Source: Minisyncoccota bacterium
GTDB taxonomy: Bacteria; Patescibacteriota; Minisyncoccia; Phycocordibacterales; UBA9973
NCBI GenBank assembly: GCA_018060905.1
Contig: JAGOVD010000001.1
Span: 1-50,365, forward strand
Direction: 5' to 3'
Length of the DNA: 50,365 nucleotides
Shown here: positions 33,069 through 43,042 of the stretch, one piece after another
Position numbering within the stretch: position 1 is the stretch's first letter
Layout: each line of letters starts with the position of its first letter
Position numbers and translations under genes: made by a program
Notes under the pieces: model-generated
Seen by the model: the letters and a program-made list of their open reading frames with translations, nothing else
What the model was told of the DNA's origin: nothing
Databases searched by the model: none

Positions 33069-34346
33069 ATGCAATCTGCATCACTTTTTGATCTCATCAT
33101 GCGCCACATCGGCGTGTACATTGCTCTCGTTGTTGTTGTGATGATCGGATGGAATCTTTGGGTTACGTATCTGAACATGCTCTACCTCCGATCGATTGAT
33201 TGGATTATGCTTGAGATCGTCCCTCCAAAAGATGTCTTCAAATCTCCTGCAGCGATGGAGCTCGTCTTCAATGCGCTCCACGGTGGTGGATCAGGTAACT
33301 GGTATGAGAAATACTGGAAGGGTGAACTCGCCCAATACTACTCACTCGAGATTGTCTCAACCGAAGGTAAGGTGCATTTCTATGTACGGTTCCACAAGAA
33401 GTTTCGCAAAGTTTTTGAAGCTCAACTGTACGCACAGTATCCGCAGGCAGAAGTCAAAGAAGTCGAAGACTACACCAAGAAGATTCCGAATTCTGATTTC
33501 AAGAAAAATAGCCCAATCAGTATGTTCGCGTATAACCTCAAGCTTGAAAAAGCGGATCCATATCCAATCAAGACGTATGTGGATTTTGGCCTCGACAAAG
33601 CTATTGGTTCTCTGGAAGAAGAACAGCGTATTGATCCCATGACTCCCACGATTGAGACCATGGGCTCGATCGGTATCGGGGAGCATATTTGGGTTCAGAT
33701 CAACATCAGACAAGCGATCAAACGTCATGAGGTCAAGAAAGGCGACGCCATTGAAAAAGAAAAAAGCTGGAAAGACAAGAGTCGTGAGGTCATCGAAGAG
33801 ATCAAATCCAAGGCCAATACCAAAGATGCCGAAGGTAAAACAGTCGTCGGTAAACTTGGGCGAGGCGAGCAGGGGGTGATCGAAGCGATTGAGCGTCATC
33901 GCAACAAACCTGGTTTTGATACAGGGATTCGCGTACTTTATATTGCAGACAAAGAACATTTTAGTGGCAACACGATTACTGCATTTACAAGTATGTGGCG
34001 TCAGTACAACACCGAAGACCTCAATGCGTGGAAGATGTCTGATTTGACCAAAGTTACTGAACCATGGAAAGATATTACACTCAAAGAAACAGGGAGCGTC
34101 GTTTCCAATATGAAAAAGGGTTACCTCGATGATTACAAATCTCGCTCGTTCTTTTATGGCGGGTTTAGTTTTGACAAGATTGGCAAGTATTTTACCCACC
34201 CTGAAGCATCTGGCTCCAAAGGCTTTGTACTCTCGAGTGAAGAGCTCGCCACTATCTACCACTTGCCGGGTCGTGTCGCTGAAACTCCGAACGTTCTTCG
34301 TGTTGAGTCCAAGAAAGGGGAGCCGCCAGCAAATCTTCCTATTTAA
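33069..34346 (+). CDS. hypothetical membrane-anchored protein (425 aa)
   Basis: N-terminal TM helix VYIALVVVVMIGW. The sequence looks protein-like, whereas the antisense ORF 33357..34361 looks like junk. Confidence 0.55.
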   Translation: MQSASLFDLIMRHIGVYIALVVVVMIGWNLWVTYLNMLYLRSIDWIMLEIVPPKDVFKSPAAMELVFNALHGGGSGNWYEKYWKGELAQYYSLEIVSTEGKVHFYVRFHKKFRKVFEAQLYAQYPQAEVKEVEDYTKKIPNSDFKKNSPISMFAYNLKLEKADPYPIKTYVDFGLDKAIGSLEEEQRIDPMTPTIETMGSIGIGEHIWVQINIRQAIKRHEVKKGDAIEKEKSWKDKSREVIEEIKSKANTKDAEGKTVVGKLGRGEQGVIEAIERHRNKPGFDTGIRVLYIADKEHFSGNTITAFTSMWRQYNTEDLNAWKMSDLTKVTEPWKDITLKETGSVVSNMKKGYLDDYKSRSFFYGGFSFDKIGKYFTHPEASGSKGFVLSSEELATIYHLPGRVAETPNVLRVESKKGEPPANLPI

Positions 34347-34349
34347 TAT

Positions 34350-35318
34350 ATGGATTTTCAATTTTCTTACAAACGGCGGATGCGCTACCTGATTGTTTTT
34401 GTCGGTGCTGTTGCTCTACTTGTGATCTTTTCCCGTTCATTCCTCATCGCACCAACTGATTTTCCCGTACCATATCGACTCACGATTGAGCCAGGACAAA
34501 CATTGTTCTCAGTCTCACGCGAACTCACTGATGCTTCAGCGATTCGCTCACCGCGATTTTTTGAAATATTTATGATTGCATTGGGAAGCGAAAAGAGAGT
34601 GAGTCAGGGAGAGTACTATTTTGCGCAACCGGTGTCATCGTTTGAGATCGCACTTCGGATATCAGGACGACAGTTTGGTATCGACCGAAAAAAAGTCACC
34701 TTCCCCGAAGGGTTTACCAACAAACAAATAGCGGCTCGCCTCGCACAAACATTTGATTCATTTGATGTGTCACTATTTTTGACGCTTGCCAACGATTACG
34801 AAGGGTACCTCTTTCCTGATACATACGGATTTTTCCCATCGGTGACACCTGATGCCATCGTGGCGACACTTCGTCGTAATTTCACTACCAAGACCGCTCG
34901 GCTCGAAAAAGATATCATAGCATCATCCCGATCAAAAAAGGATCTCATCATCATGGCATCAATCATTGAAAAAGAAGCTCGTGGTGAAAACGATCGTGCC
35001 ATCATATCTGGTATCCTCTGGAAACGTATCGATAGTGGTATCCCACTACAAGTCGATGCGCCATTCCTTTATCTTTTGGGGAAAGAAAGCAAGGATCTCA
35101 CGAGGGCTGATCTCGCCACAAACTCACCGTATAATACGTACAAAAACAAAGGCTTGCCTCCGGCACCGATTGGGAACCCAGGGCTTGCATCGATTGAGGC
35201 AGCACTCTATCCTGAGAGTTCTCCGTATCTCTACTACCTCCATGACGACGATGGAGCGATTCATTATGCGAAAACATATATTGAACATAAGCAAAATATC
35301 GCAAAATATTTAAAATGA
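34350..35318 (+). CDS. mltG: endolytic murein transglycosylase MltG (YceG-like)
   Basis: N-terminal TM helix, ASIIEKEA catalytic Glu region, LQVDAPFLY, and YNTYKNKGLPPAPIGNPG. Confidence 0.9.
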   Translation: MDFQFSYKRRMRYLIVFVGAVALLVIFSRSFLIAPTDFPVPYRLTIEPGQTLFSVSRELTDASAIRSPRFFEIFMIALGSEKRVSQGEYYFAQPVSSFEIALRISGRQFGIDRKKVTFPEGFTNKQIAARLAQTFDSFDVSLFLTLANDYEGYLFPDTYGFFPSVTPDAIVATLRRNFTTKTARLEKDIIASSRSKKDLIIMASIIEKEARGENDRAIISGILWKRIDSGIPLQVDAPFLYLLGKESKDLTRADLATNSPYNTYKNKGLPPAPIGNPGLASIEAALYPESSPYLYYLHDDDGAIHYAKTYIEHKQNIAKYLK

Positions 35319-35857
35319 TCCTCCAACAACCACTTGCATTTGTCGATATAGAAACGACCGGTATTGACCGCGATGATTTTGAAATTATCGAACTCGGTGT
35401 TGTCATCGCGCGCCTCAAAGATGACGTACTAACGGTCATCGATGAGATCGATCTCAAGATTGCGCCCAAACGTATCGAAGACGCGGACCCTATCGCACTG
35501 CGGGTCAACGGCTATGATCCTGCTGATTGGATATTTGCAGTCAGTATCGAAGAAGCACTCAAAATATTTGTGGAGAAAACCGCCGGTGCAGTATTTGTTG
35601 CGCACAATGTGACCTTTGACTACGGATTCATCGAGGCCAACCTCAAGCGCTATGGTATGGAGAGTAAAATGCACTATCACAAGCTCGACACCATCGCGCT
35701 CGCATTTGGTGTACTCCACAACAACGACGATATGGGCAAGCTTTCACTTCGCTCACTGTGTGAGCGGTTTGAAATCGAAAATAAAAAAGCCCATAGTGCG
35801 TTTGCTGATGCATATGCAACCTATGAGCTGTTTAAGAAATTGTTGAATTTGGAATAA
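35315..35857 (+). CDS. DEDDh 3'-5' exonuclease (DnaQ/epsilon-like)
   Basis: Exo I FVDIETTG, Exo II AHNVTFDYGF, Exo III HSAFADAYATYELF. Confidence 0.85.
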   Translation: MILQQPLAFVDIETTGIDRDDFEIIELGVVIARLKDDVLTVIDEIDLKIAPKRIEDADPIALRVNGYDPADWIFAVSIEEALKIFVEKTAGAVFVAHNVTFDYGFIEANLKRYGMESKMHYHKLDTIALAFGVLHNNDDMGKLSLRSLCERFEIENKKAHSAFADAYATYELFKKLLNLE

Positions 35858-35885
35858 TGTATTCCGTGGTAGTATCATTTTTGTA

Positions 35886-36932
35886 ATGAAAAAGAAGCAG
35901 AAAATATTTGTGGGGGTTTCGGGCGGGGTCGACTCGTCTGTTGTTGCACACCTTCTCAAAAAAGAGGGACATGAAGTTCATGGTGTCTTTGTGAAGACGT
36001 GGTCACCAGAATGGATGCCGTGTACGTGGCTTGCCGAGAAGCGCGATGCGATGCGAGTCTGCGCAGCGCTCGACATACCATTTCATTTTCTCGATGCAGA
36101 GCAGGTATATAAGGATGGTGTGGCGGACTATATGATTGCCGAATACAAAATGGGTCGCACGCCAAACCCTGACGTACTATGCAACCGTGTCATCAAGTTC
36201 GGGGCACTCTGGGACTATGCCAAGGCTCATGGCGCAGATGTAGTCGCAACCGGACACTATGCTCGTGTTGAGAATAATCGTCTGGTGAAGGGTATTGATA
36301 CTGCAAAAGATCAGTCCTATTTCCTCTGGATGCTCACCAAAGAGGAACTTGGGCATGTGCGATTTCCGATTGGGCATCTCGACAAGGGCGAGGTGCGTCG
36401 CATCGCTGAACGAGCCGATTTATTTACTGCAGTCAAAAAAGATAGTCAGGGGATTTGCTTCCTCGGCGACGTCGACATGCGCGAATTCCTCTCTCACTAT
36501 ATAGAGATGAAGCAGGGAGACGTCGTGGACGAACGTGGGGAAGTCATCGGCACACACGATGGTGTATGGTTCTATACACTCGGCGAACGGCATGGCTTTA
36601 CTATCTCGACAACCACTACCCATACGACACCGTACTATGTTATCGCAAAAAATATCCAAGAGAACCAACTCGTCGTATCTACAAAACCGAAGAAGGCAAA
36701 GACGGGCAAAGTGACGATTGCACTTCGTGACACAAACTGGATTGAATCTATCGACCATAGGCATACGTATACTGTACAGATTCGCTATCACGGTGAGTTT
36801 ATTCCAGTAAAGGTTGCAAAGAGTGGGGACGTTACGATGAAATACGATGGATTGATTGCGCTCGGCCAATCTCTCGTCATCTATGACGGAGACCTACTTG
36901 TTGGGGGCGGGGTCATCGATAGTGTGGAATAA
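35886..36932 (+). CDS. mnmA: tRNA 2-thiouridine(34) synthase MnmA
   Basis: PP-loop VGVSGGVDSSV, NPDVLCN, TGHYAR, DQSYFL. Confidence 0.9.
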   Translation: MKKKQKIFVGVSGGVDSSVVAHLLKKEGHEVHGVFVKTWSPEWMPCTWLAEKRDAMRVCAALDIPFHFLDAEQVYKDGVADYMIAEYKMGRTPNPDVLCNRVIKFGALWDYAKAHGADVVATGHYARVENNRLVKGIDTAKDQSYFLWMLTKEELGHVRFPIGHLDKGEVRRIAERADLFTAVKKDSQGICFLGDVDMREFLSHYIEMKQGDVVDERGEVIGTHDGVWFYTLGERHGFTISTTTTHTTPYYVIAKNIQENQLVVSTKPKKAKTGKVTIALRDTNWIESIDHRHTYTVQIRYHGEFIPVKVAKSGDVTMKYDGLIALGQSLVIYDGDLLVGGGVIDSVE

Positions 36933-37003
36933 AAACTGTATTTCACGTGCGTATATTTGCTACTATAATATAAAAAGAATTTTCAAAACTAAATCAAGAC
37001 GCA

Positions 37004-37411
37004 ATGAAATATCTTTTATGTATTGCGACACTTTTTGTAGTCGTTGCCTGTAAAAAGGAAATACGCGTCTCTCTGGCAGTGCCGTGCCATGGCGATACCG
37101 CCAAACCTCTCGTCATCACCGCACCGTATTTTGCAGATACGCTGCGCTACGGTCAGATGTATGAGACGACCTGGATCGGCAAGATTGGTGGTGCCACCAA
37201 GTACGCAGTCATACTTCACTGGAAGGACTACTCTACAAGTGAGTCATTTTTTCAGATGGTGGGAGATGTCCATCCATCCGAATGTTCTTTTGCGTGGAAG
37301 GTGCATTCGGATATGTTTGGGACTATCCACAATGATAACTGCTACATACTATTTGCCGGCAACTCAGTACCGGGCTATGTGGAGAGTGTTCGTTTTTCAA
37401 TCAGGCCATAG
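37004..37411 (+). CDS. hypothetical lipoprotein
   Basis: Signal peptide with lipobox MKYLLCIATLFVVVAC. Confidence 0.55.
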   Translation: MKYLLCIATLFVVVACKKEIRVSLAVPCHGDTAKPLVITAPYFADTLRYGQMYETTWIGKIGGATKYAVILHWKDYSTSESFFQMVGDVHPSECSFAWKVHSDMFGTIHNDNCYILFAGNSVPGYVESVRFSIRP

Positions 37412-37481
37412 CAACACGAACCTGAAGCTATATACACAGTTTCGGGTTCTTCTTTTATATGAACTACAGTATACTTGTAGC

Positions 37482-37949
37482 ATGCAAAACATCATCAATG
37501 ATCCCATGATTATCAGTCTCGCTATTGCAATGCTCCTCGGCATGCTCTTAGGTATCGAACGATTCGTCGCACACAAGACTGCTGGCATGCGCACGTATAC
37601 GCTCATATCTATGGGTTCTGCGATGTTTGTTATTATTTCGCAAATGGTTGCCGCCCAGAGCTCTACCGGCCTCTTTGATCCACTTCGTATGGCTGCTCAA
37701 GTTGTCGCAGCTGCAGGGTTCCTCGGTGTTGGTGTTATCTTTCACAAAGACCAACGCGTGAGCGGTATTACGACTGCTAGCGGTATGTGGGTGGCAGCAG
37801 GGATAGGTATGGCATGTGGATTTGGACTCTATAAACTCGCGATTGTCGTCACGATTCTCTCCCTCTTTACCTTCATCGTTATGTGGTTCCTCGAAGCCCA
37901 GATCCGCAAGATTTCTATCGGTAACGACCAAGAAAACACACCGCTCTAA
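37482..37949 (+). CDS. MgtC/SapB family membrane protein
   Basis: Start at ATG 37482 (MQNIIND). LLGMLLGIER....AGMRTY and ITTASGMWVAAGIGMACG are typical MgtC motifs. The ORF-track extension back to 37044 overlaps the lipoprotein gene. Confidence 0.8.
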   Translation: MQNIINDPMIISLAIAMLLGMLLGIERFVAHKTAGMRTYTLISMGSAMFVIISQMVAAQSSTGLFDPLRMAAQVVAAAGFLGVGVIFHKDQRVSGITTASGMWVAAGIGMACGFGLYKLAIVVTILSLFTFIVMWFLEAQIRKISIGNDQENTPL

Positions 37950-37983
37950 AGCGGTTTTTGTTTTGTGTTATGATGGACTCACT

Positions 37984-39711
37984 ATGGCTTATTCAGCAGA
38001 TATAAAAAAGATAGGACGTCATTTTTTGCCTCAAGATTTTAAGATAATTACCTGGGAAACTCTGGAGCCTTATTTCAAAAATCTTACCGAGAGAAACATA
38101 TCTACCAAAGAAGGGCTCGAGCAATGGTTAAAAGATCAAAGCGAGCTAGAAGCAGTTATTGATGAAGATGCTTCTTGGAGACAGATTAACATGACGCGCG
38201 ATACAGAAAATAAAGAACTTCAGGAATCTTTTAATTATTTTCATCTCCAGATACAACCTCATATTGAGCCATATATTGATGCGCTTAATAAAAAACTTCT
38301 GAGTAACCCGCTTCTCAAGGGTTTTGATACAGAGAAATACAATACGTATATACGCAATATTCGTAAGGATAGAGAGCTTTTTCGAGAACAAAATATTCCA
38401 TTACAGGCAGAAATATCTGTGTTGCAGCAAGAATTTGGTCAAATCACAGGTGCGATGACAGCGAGTGTTAATGGTCAGGAGTACACACTTCAACAAGCGG
38501 CAAAATTTCTGGAAAACGAAGATCGTACTTTACGTGAAGAAGTGTATATGAAAGTACAAGAACGCCGACTCCAGGATAAAGATAAGCTCGATGAACTCTT
38601 CAATAAACTAATTGCTCTAAGAGATCAAGAAGCTCAGAATGCCGGATTCGATAATTTCCGGGATTACCAGTTCAAAGAACTTGGCAGGTTTGATTATACA
38701 AAAGAAGACTGCTTTAAATTTCATGAAGCGGTAAAGCAGCACGTACTTCCTTTGGTAAAAGAAATTTATTTGAAGAAAAAAGAAAAGTTGGGCGTTGATT
38801 CGTTGCGCCCATGGGATCTTGAAGCAGAACCTGAAGGTGTTGAAGCGTTAAAGCCATTTGATACCGGAGAAGAGTTGTTGGAAAAATCCATACTCTGCAT
38901 GAAAAAACTCTCACCTTTTTTTGGAGAGTGCCTTCAGAAAATGAAAGCAATGGGAAATCTTGATCTTGAAAGTAGGAAAGGGAAAGCACCCGGTGGCTAT
39001 AACTGTCCACTTCTTGAAACAGGAGCTCCTTTTATTTTTATGAATGCGGCGGGGCAAATGCACGATGTAACGACTATGGTGCATGAGGGAGGTCATGCCG
39101 TACACTCATTTCTTTCGCACGATTTAGAGTTGACTGGATTCAAAGCATATCCAATGGAAATCGCAGAAGTTGCAAGTATGAGTATGGAGCTTTTTACTAT
39201 GGATTATTGGGATACATTCTTCTCAAATCCTGATGAGCTCACTAGAGCCAAAGAGCATCAGCTAGAGAGAGTGATCACTCTTTTCCCATGGGTTGCGATT
39301 ATAGATAAATTTCAACATTGGGTATATGAGAATCCACAACATACTCTTGAGCAACGAACATCTGAGTGGTTAAAAATATTGGAAGAATTTAAAGAGGGTA
39401 TTGTTGATTATAGTGGACTTGAAAAATTTAGAGCAAACATGTGGCAAAAACAACTCCATCTCTTTGAAGTGCCCTTTTATTACATAGAATACGGTATCGC
39501 ACAGCTCGGTGCTATTGGGTTATGGATGCAATACAAGAAAAATCCTGACAAAGCTATCAAAAATTATTGCGACGCACTAAGTCTTGGGGCAACGCGTACA
39601 CTCCCAGAATTATATAAGACCGCAGGATTAGAATTTGACTTCTCACCCTCACACATAAAAGTTTTGATGGATTTTGTTTCTGAAGAGATGAAAAAACTGG
39701 GTGAAAAATAA
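37984..39711 (+). CDS. pepF: oligoendopeptidase F-like M3B metallopeptidase
   Basis: Start at ATG 37984 (MAYSADIKK). Zinc motif HEGGHAVH with a downstream E (EIAEVASM). The gene is noticeably AT-rich. Confidence 0.85.
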   Translation: MAYSADIKKIGRHFLPQDFKIITWETLEPYFKNLTERNISTKEGLEQWLKDQSELEAVIDEDASWRQINMTRDTENKELQESFNYFHLQIQPHIEPYIDALNKKLLSNPLLKGFDTEKYNTYIRNIRKDRELFREQNIPLQAEISVLQQEFGQITGAMTASVNGQEYTLQQAAKFLENEDRTLREEVYMKVQERRLQDKDKLDELFNKLIALRDQEAQNAGFDNFRDYQFKELGRFDYTKEDCFKFHEAVKQHVLPLVKEIYLKKKEKLGVDSLRPWDLEAEPEGVEALKPFDTGEELLEKSILCMKKLSPFFGECLQKMKAMGNLDLESRKGKAPGGYNCPLLETGAPFIFMNAAGQMHDVTTMVHEGGHAVHSFLSHDLELTGFKAYPMEIAEVASMSMELFTMDYWDTFFSNPDELTRAKEHQLERVITLFPWVAIIDKFQHWVYENPQHTLEQRTSEWLKILEEFKEGIVDYSGLEKFRANMWQKQLHLFEVPFYYIEYGIAQLGAIGLWMQYKKNPDKAIKNYCDALSLGATRTLPELYKTAGLEFDFSPSHIKVLMDFVSEEMKKLGEK

Positions 39712-39768
39712 AAAGAAGAAATAGTTGCAAAAGATTCACACTGTTGTATAGTCGTGAAAATACATACT

Positions 39769-39900
39769 ATGCATCAAGATAAAGCCATGTTTGCTATAGT
39801 GGGGATATCAAGCGGTTCCTATGGATTATTGATAATAATGCTTATCCTTTTAGGTATTAGACAAAGTCAGACCATAGCGGAAAACTATCCACAGAAGTAA
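39769..39900 (+). CDS. possible small hydrophobic peptide (43 aa)
   Basis: Hand-found ORF MHQDKAMFAIVGISSGSYGLLIIMLILLGIRQSQTIAENYPQK with one TM helix. Below the ORF-track size cutoff. Confidence 0.3.
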   Translation: MHQDKAMFAIVGISSGSYGLLIIMLILLGIRQSQTIAENYPQK

Positions 39901-39960
39901 TTTATTAAAAGCAGTCTTAATTCAAGGCCGCTTTTTTTATTACCCATTTTTTGCTAGAGT

Positions 39961-41712
39961 ATGCGCATGACTTCAGCTGAAATCCGCAAACGATTCCTCG
40001 ATTTCTTTGCCGCACGCGGACACGCTATTTTGCCGTCTGCGTCGCTCGTGCCCAAGAACGACCCTTCGGTACTCTTTAATACTGCGGGTATGCAACCACT
40101 CGTCCCATACCTCATGGGTGAGCCACATCCATTGGGCAACCGTCTCGCGAGCTGTCAAAAATGCGTCCGCACTGGAGACATTGATGATGTCGGTGATGCG
40201 CGACACCTCACCTTTTTTGAAATGCTTGGTAACTGGTCGCTTGGAGATTATTTTAAAGCAGATGCGATCAAATGGAGTTATGAATTCCTCACGTCAAAAG
40301 AAGAAGGGCTTGGACTTGATCCGTCACGTCTCTACGTCACGGTCTTTGAAGGCGATGCAGATGCACCGCGCGATATGGAAGCGGTGGAGATATGGAAGCA
40401 ATACATCCCCGAGAACCGTATTTATTTCTTGCCCAAAGCCAATAACTGGTGGAGTCCTGGCGACAATGGCCCATGTGGCCCTGATACCGAAATGTTTTAT
40501 GACGTGACGACTGCCGGACTTGGAGACATGTCACACGACGAATACGTCACAGCTGATGATCGAGGAGATGTCGTAGAGATCTGGAACGACGTGTTCATGG
40601 AATACGAGAAACGTGATGGCAAAGTCATCGGCAAGCTGTCACAGAAAAATGTCGATACCGGAAGCGGACTTGAGCGTATCTCGATGATCGTACAGGGCAA
40701 GTCAAATGTCTACGAAGCCGATATGTTCGCAACAGTGTTCTATGCTATCAAAGAAAAATCTGAGAAATATGATGAACGTGCAGCACGCATTGTTGCCGAT
40801 CATGCACGCAGTGCAATGTTTTTGATCGCGGATGGGGTACTCCCAGGTAACAAAGATCAAGGCTATGTATTGCGACGACTCATCCGTCGTGCAGTCATGC
40901 AGGCAAAAAAGTTGGGGCTCCCTGCACATTTTCTCGCAGATACAGTCGCGCTCTATGGAGAGATATACAAAGACGCATATCCTGAAGTGGTGAGTATCGA
41001 TATTGAGGCTGTTGTTACTCAAGAAGAAAATAAGTTTTCAAAAACGCTCGAATCAGGACTCAAAGAGTTTGAAAAAGGTGCAGATCCATTTATTCTTGCC
41101 ACAACCTATGGATTTCCTATTGAGCTTACAATCGAGTTGGCACAAGAAAAGGGGATACTGATAGATAGACAGAAGTTTGATATTGAAATGAAAGCACACC
41201 AGGACGCATCGCGCGCAGGTGCAGAACAAAAGTTCAAAGGTGGACTTGCTAATACGAACGAGCAGACGACGAAGCTCCATACCGCGCATCATTTACTCTT
41301 GAAAGCGCTCCAAGAAGTCGTTAGTCCCGACATTCACCAAAAGGGAAGTAATATCACCGAAGAGCGTCTCCGTATCGACTTCAACTTTGACCGGAAACTC
41401 ACCGATGATGAGAAGCGGGCAGTCGAGGATAAAGTGAATGAATGGATCAACAAAGACCTCTGTGTCGTCAAACGTGATTTACCCAAAGCTGAAGCCGAAG
41501 CGCTCGGGGCTGAAATGGAATTTGGGACAACATATCCCGACGTAGTATCTGTCTATTTCATCGAAGATGTTGATGGCAACACCATATCCAAAGAATTTTG
41601 TGGTGGCCCACATGTCACGAGCACGAAAAGTCTCGGTGTATTCAAAATCCAAAAAGAAGAAGCATCATCTGCGGGTATTCGTCGCATCAAAGCAACATTG
41701 AGCTACTACTAA
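39961..41712 (+). CDS. alaS: alanine--tRNA ligase, short form (583 aa)
   Basis: IRKRFLDFFAARGH, FNTAGMQ, WSPGDNGPCGP and GSGLERI form the catalytic core. HTAHHLL and CGGPHV mark the editing/second-additional-domain motifs. It ends without the usual C-terminal C-Ala domain. Confidence 0.9.
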   Translation: MRMTSAEIRKRFLDFFAARGHAILPSASLVPKNDPSVLFNTAGMQPLVPYLMGEPHPLGNRLASCQKCVRTGDIDDVGDARHLTFFEMLGNWSLGDYFKADAIKWSYEFLTSKEEGLGLDPSRLYVTVFEGDADAPRDMEAVEIWKQYIPENRIYFLPKANNWWSPGDNGPCGPDTEMFYDVTTAGLGDMSHDEYVTADDRGDVVEIWNDVFMEYEKRDGKVIGKLSQKNVDTGSGLERISMIVQGKSNVYEADMFATVFYAIKEKSEKYDERAARIVADHARSAMFLIADGVLPGNKDQGYVLRRLIRRAVMQAKKLGLPAHFLADTVALYGEIYKDAYPEVVSIDIEAVVTQEENKFSKTLESGLKEFEKGADPFILATTYGFPIELTIELAQEKGILIDRQKFDIEMKAHQDASRAGAEQKFKGGLANTNEQTTKLHTAHHLLLKALQEVVSPDIHQKGSNITEERLRIDFNFDRKLTDDEKRAVEDKVNEWINKDLCVVKRDLPKAEAEALGAEMEFGTTYPDVVSVYFIEDVDGNTISKEFCGGPHVTSTKSLGVFKIQKEEASSAGIRRIKATLSYY

Positions 41713-41730
41713 CTACTAACTACTAACTGA
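41710..41730 (+). repeat. three tandem heptamers TAACTAC-TAACTAC-TAACTGA starting at the alaS stop codon
   Basis: The 7-nt period places TAA in all three frames (41710, 41717, 41724). Confidence 0.9.
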
Positions 41731-41748
41731 CTCTGCTATACTTTAGTA

Positions 41749-42924
41749 ATGATACGATCAGCGAAAGCGCACGGCAAAGTTTTTGCCGTTTATGATATGA
41801 GTTCCAGTTCTGTTGCTGGTGCGCATGTACTAGCCACGACGACAGAAGGAAAACCAAAAACTGTTTTTCTCGCATCATCTCGAGTCAATGCACCTCTCCA
41901 AGAAGACATGGACATGCAACGCTTCGTCGAAGAAACCATCAAACACCTTGGCCAAGTAGTAGCAAATATTCGCAAAGCAGATGTGCACCACCCATCGTAT
42001 ATCCAAGTGACGCTTGCTTCACCATGGTATACATCCCAGACCCGAACTATCCTCTACAAAAAGGACGTGCCGTTTGTTTGTACACAGAAACTTATTGATA
42101 CGATTATTGCGGATGAGATCGATCACATCCTTTCCAAGGAGGAAGGATCATTTGGTGTCTTTGGCACAGAGTCAGTCATTGTTGAAAAACAATTGTCTGC
42201 CATTATTCTCAATGGTTACCACACGACGAATCCGTTTGGTAAAAAAGCAACGACGCTTGAGCTTTCTTTGACGATTACGATTGCTCCAAAAGCGATACTC
42301 GACCGGTTTACTGATGTGTTGAGACGTGTCTACGGGACTACGCATATCGGCTTTACGACGAGTCCGTTTACCACGTTTGTTGTTATGCGCGATCTGAATC
42401 CTGCCACCGAAGACTGTGTGGTCATCGATGTCGGTGAGGAAGTAACCGATGTTGCCTTTATCAAGCATGGGATTGTGCTCTACCAACACTCCTTTCCTGT
42501 AGGCACCTATGGGCTTTACCGCGCCCTTGCTGGACAGAGTTCCAATACTGCGCGCGAATCCATGACACTCCTTGAGTCATATCGCCTCGGCAAACTCTCT
42601 CCACGAGCAGCACAAGGTATCGAAACTTCAATTACAGCATTCGCGACACACTGGCAGTCATGGTTTCATCAAATCCTTGATACTGGCGAGTATGGTTTTT
42701 GTATTCCGGAACACTGTATCGTCACGACTGATCCTCGGTTTGAACTCCTCTTTGCGCAAACCCTAGGCAAAGATATGTTTGTGCAACAGTGTTGCTCAAC
42801 AGGTGCAGTGCGGGTACTTGTTACCAACGAAGAGCTTTTTAGATCACAGGTGAGTACGCTCGATCAGACACCGCTTGATATTCCTCTTGCGACGGCGGCA
42901 CTCTTTGTCGAACGACTGGTATAG
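41749..42924 (+). CDS. actin-fold ATPase-like protein (PilM/FtsA-like)
   Basis: FAVYDMSSSSVAGAHVL resembles phosphate-1 (DIGSSSIK in PilM). VVIDVGEEVTDVAFIKHG resembles phosphate-2. Confidence 0.45.
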   Translation: MIRSAKAHGKVFAVYDMSSSSVAGAHVLATTTEGKPKTVFLASSRVNAPLQEDMDMQRFVEETIKHLGQVVANIRKADVHHPSYIQVTLASPWYTSQTRTILYKKDVPFVCTQKLIDTIIADEIDHILSKEEGSFGVFGTESVIVEKQLSAIILNGYHTTNPFGKKATTLELSLTITIAPKAILDRFTDVLRRVYGTTHIGFTTSPFTTFVVMRDLNPATEDCVVIDVGEEVTDVAFIKHGIVLYQHSFPVGTYGLYRALAGQSSNTARESMTLLESYRLGKLSPRAAQGIETSITAFATHWQSWFHQILDTGEYGFCIPEHCIVTTDPRFELLFAQTLGKDMFVQQCCSTGAVRVLVTNEELFRSQVSTLDQTPLDIPLATAALFVERLV

Positions 42925-43042
42925 TTTCTCTCTAGTGCGAGTATGTTGAAAAATGAGGTATACTACTATCTATGTCTTGTGTCGAAACAATAGCTACCTC
43001 GCGGAGTAATCAGTTTTTGACTGAGTATTCCTTTCTCGGCAT

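Noticed and set aside
33357-34361. 334-aa minus-strand ORF
   Set aside because: It is antisense to 33069..34346, whose product has a TM helix and a protein-like sequence. The minus-frame product looks random.
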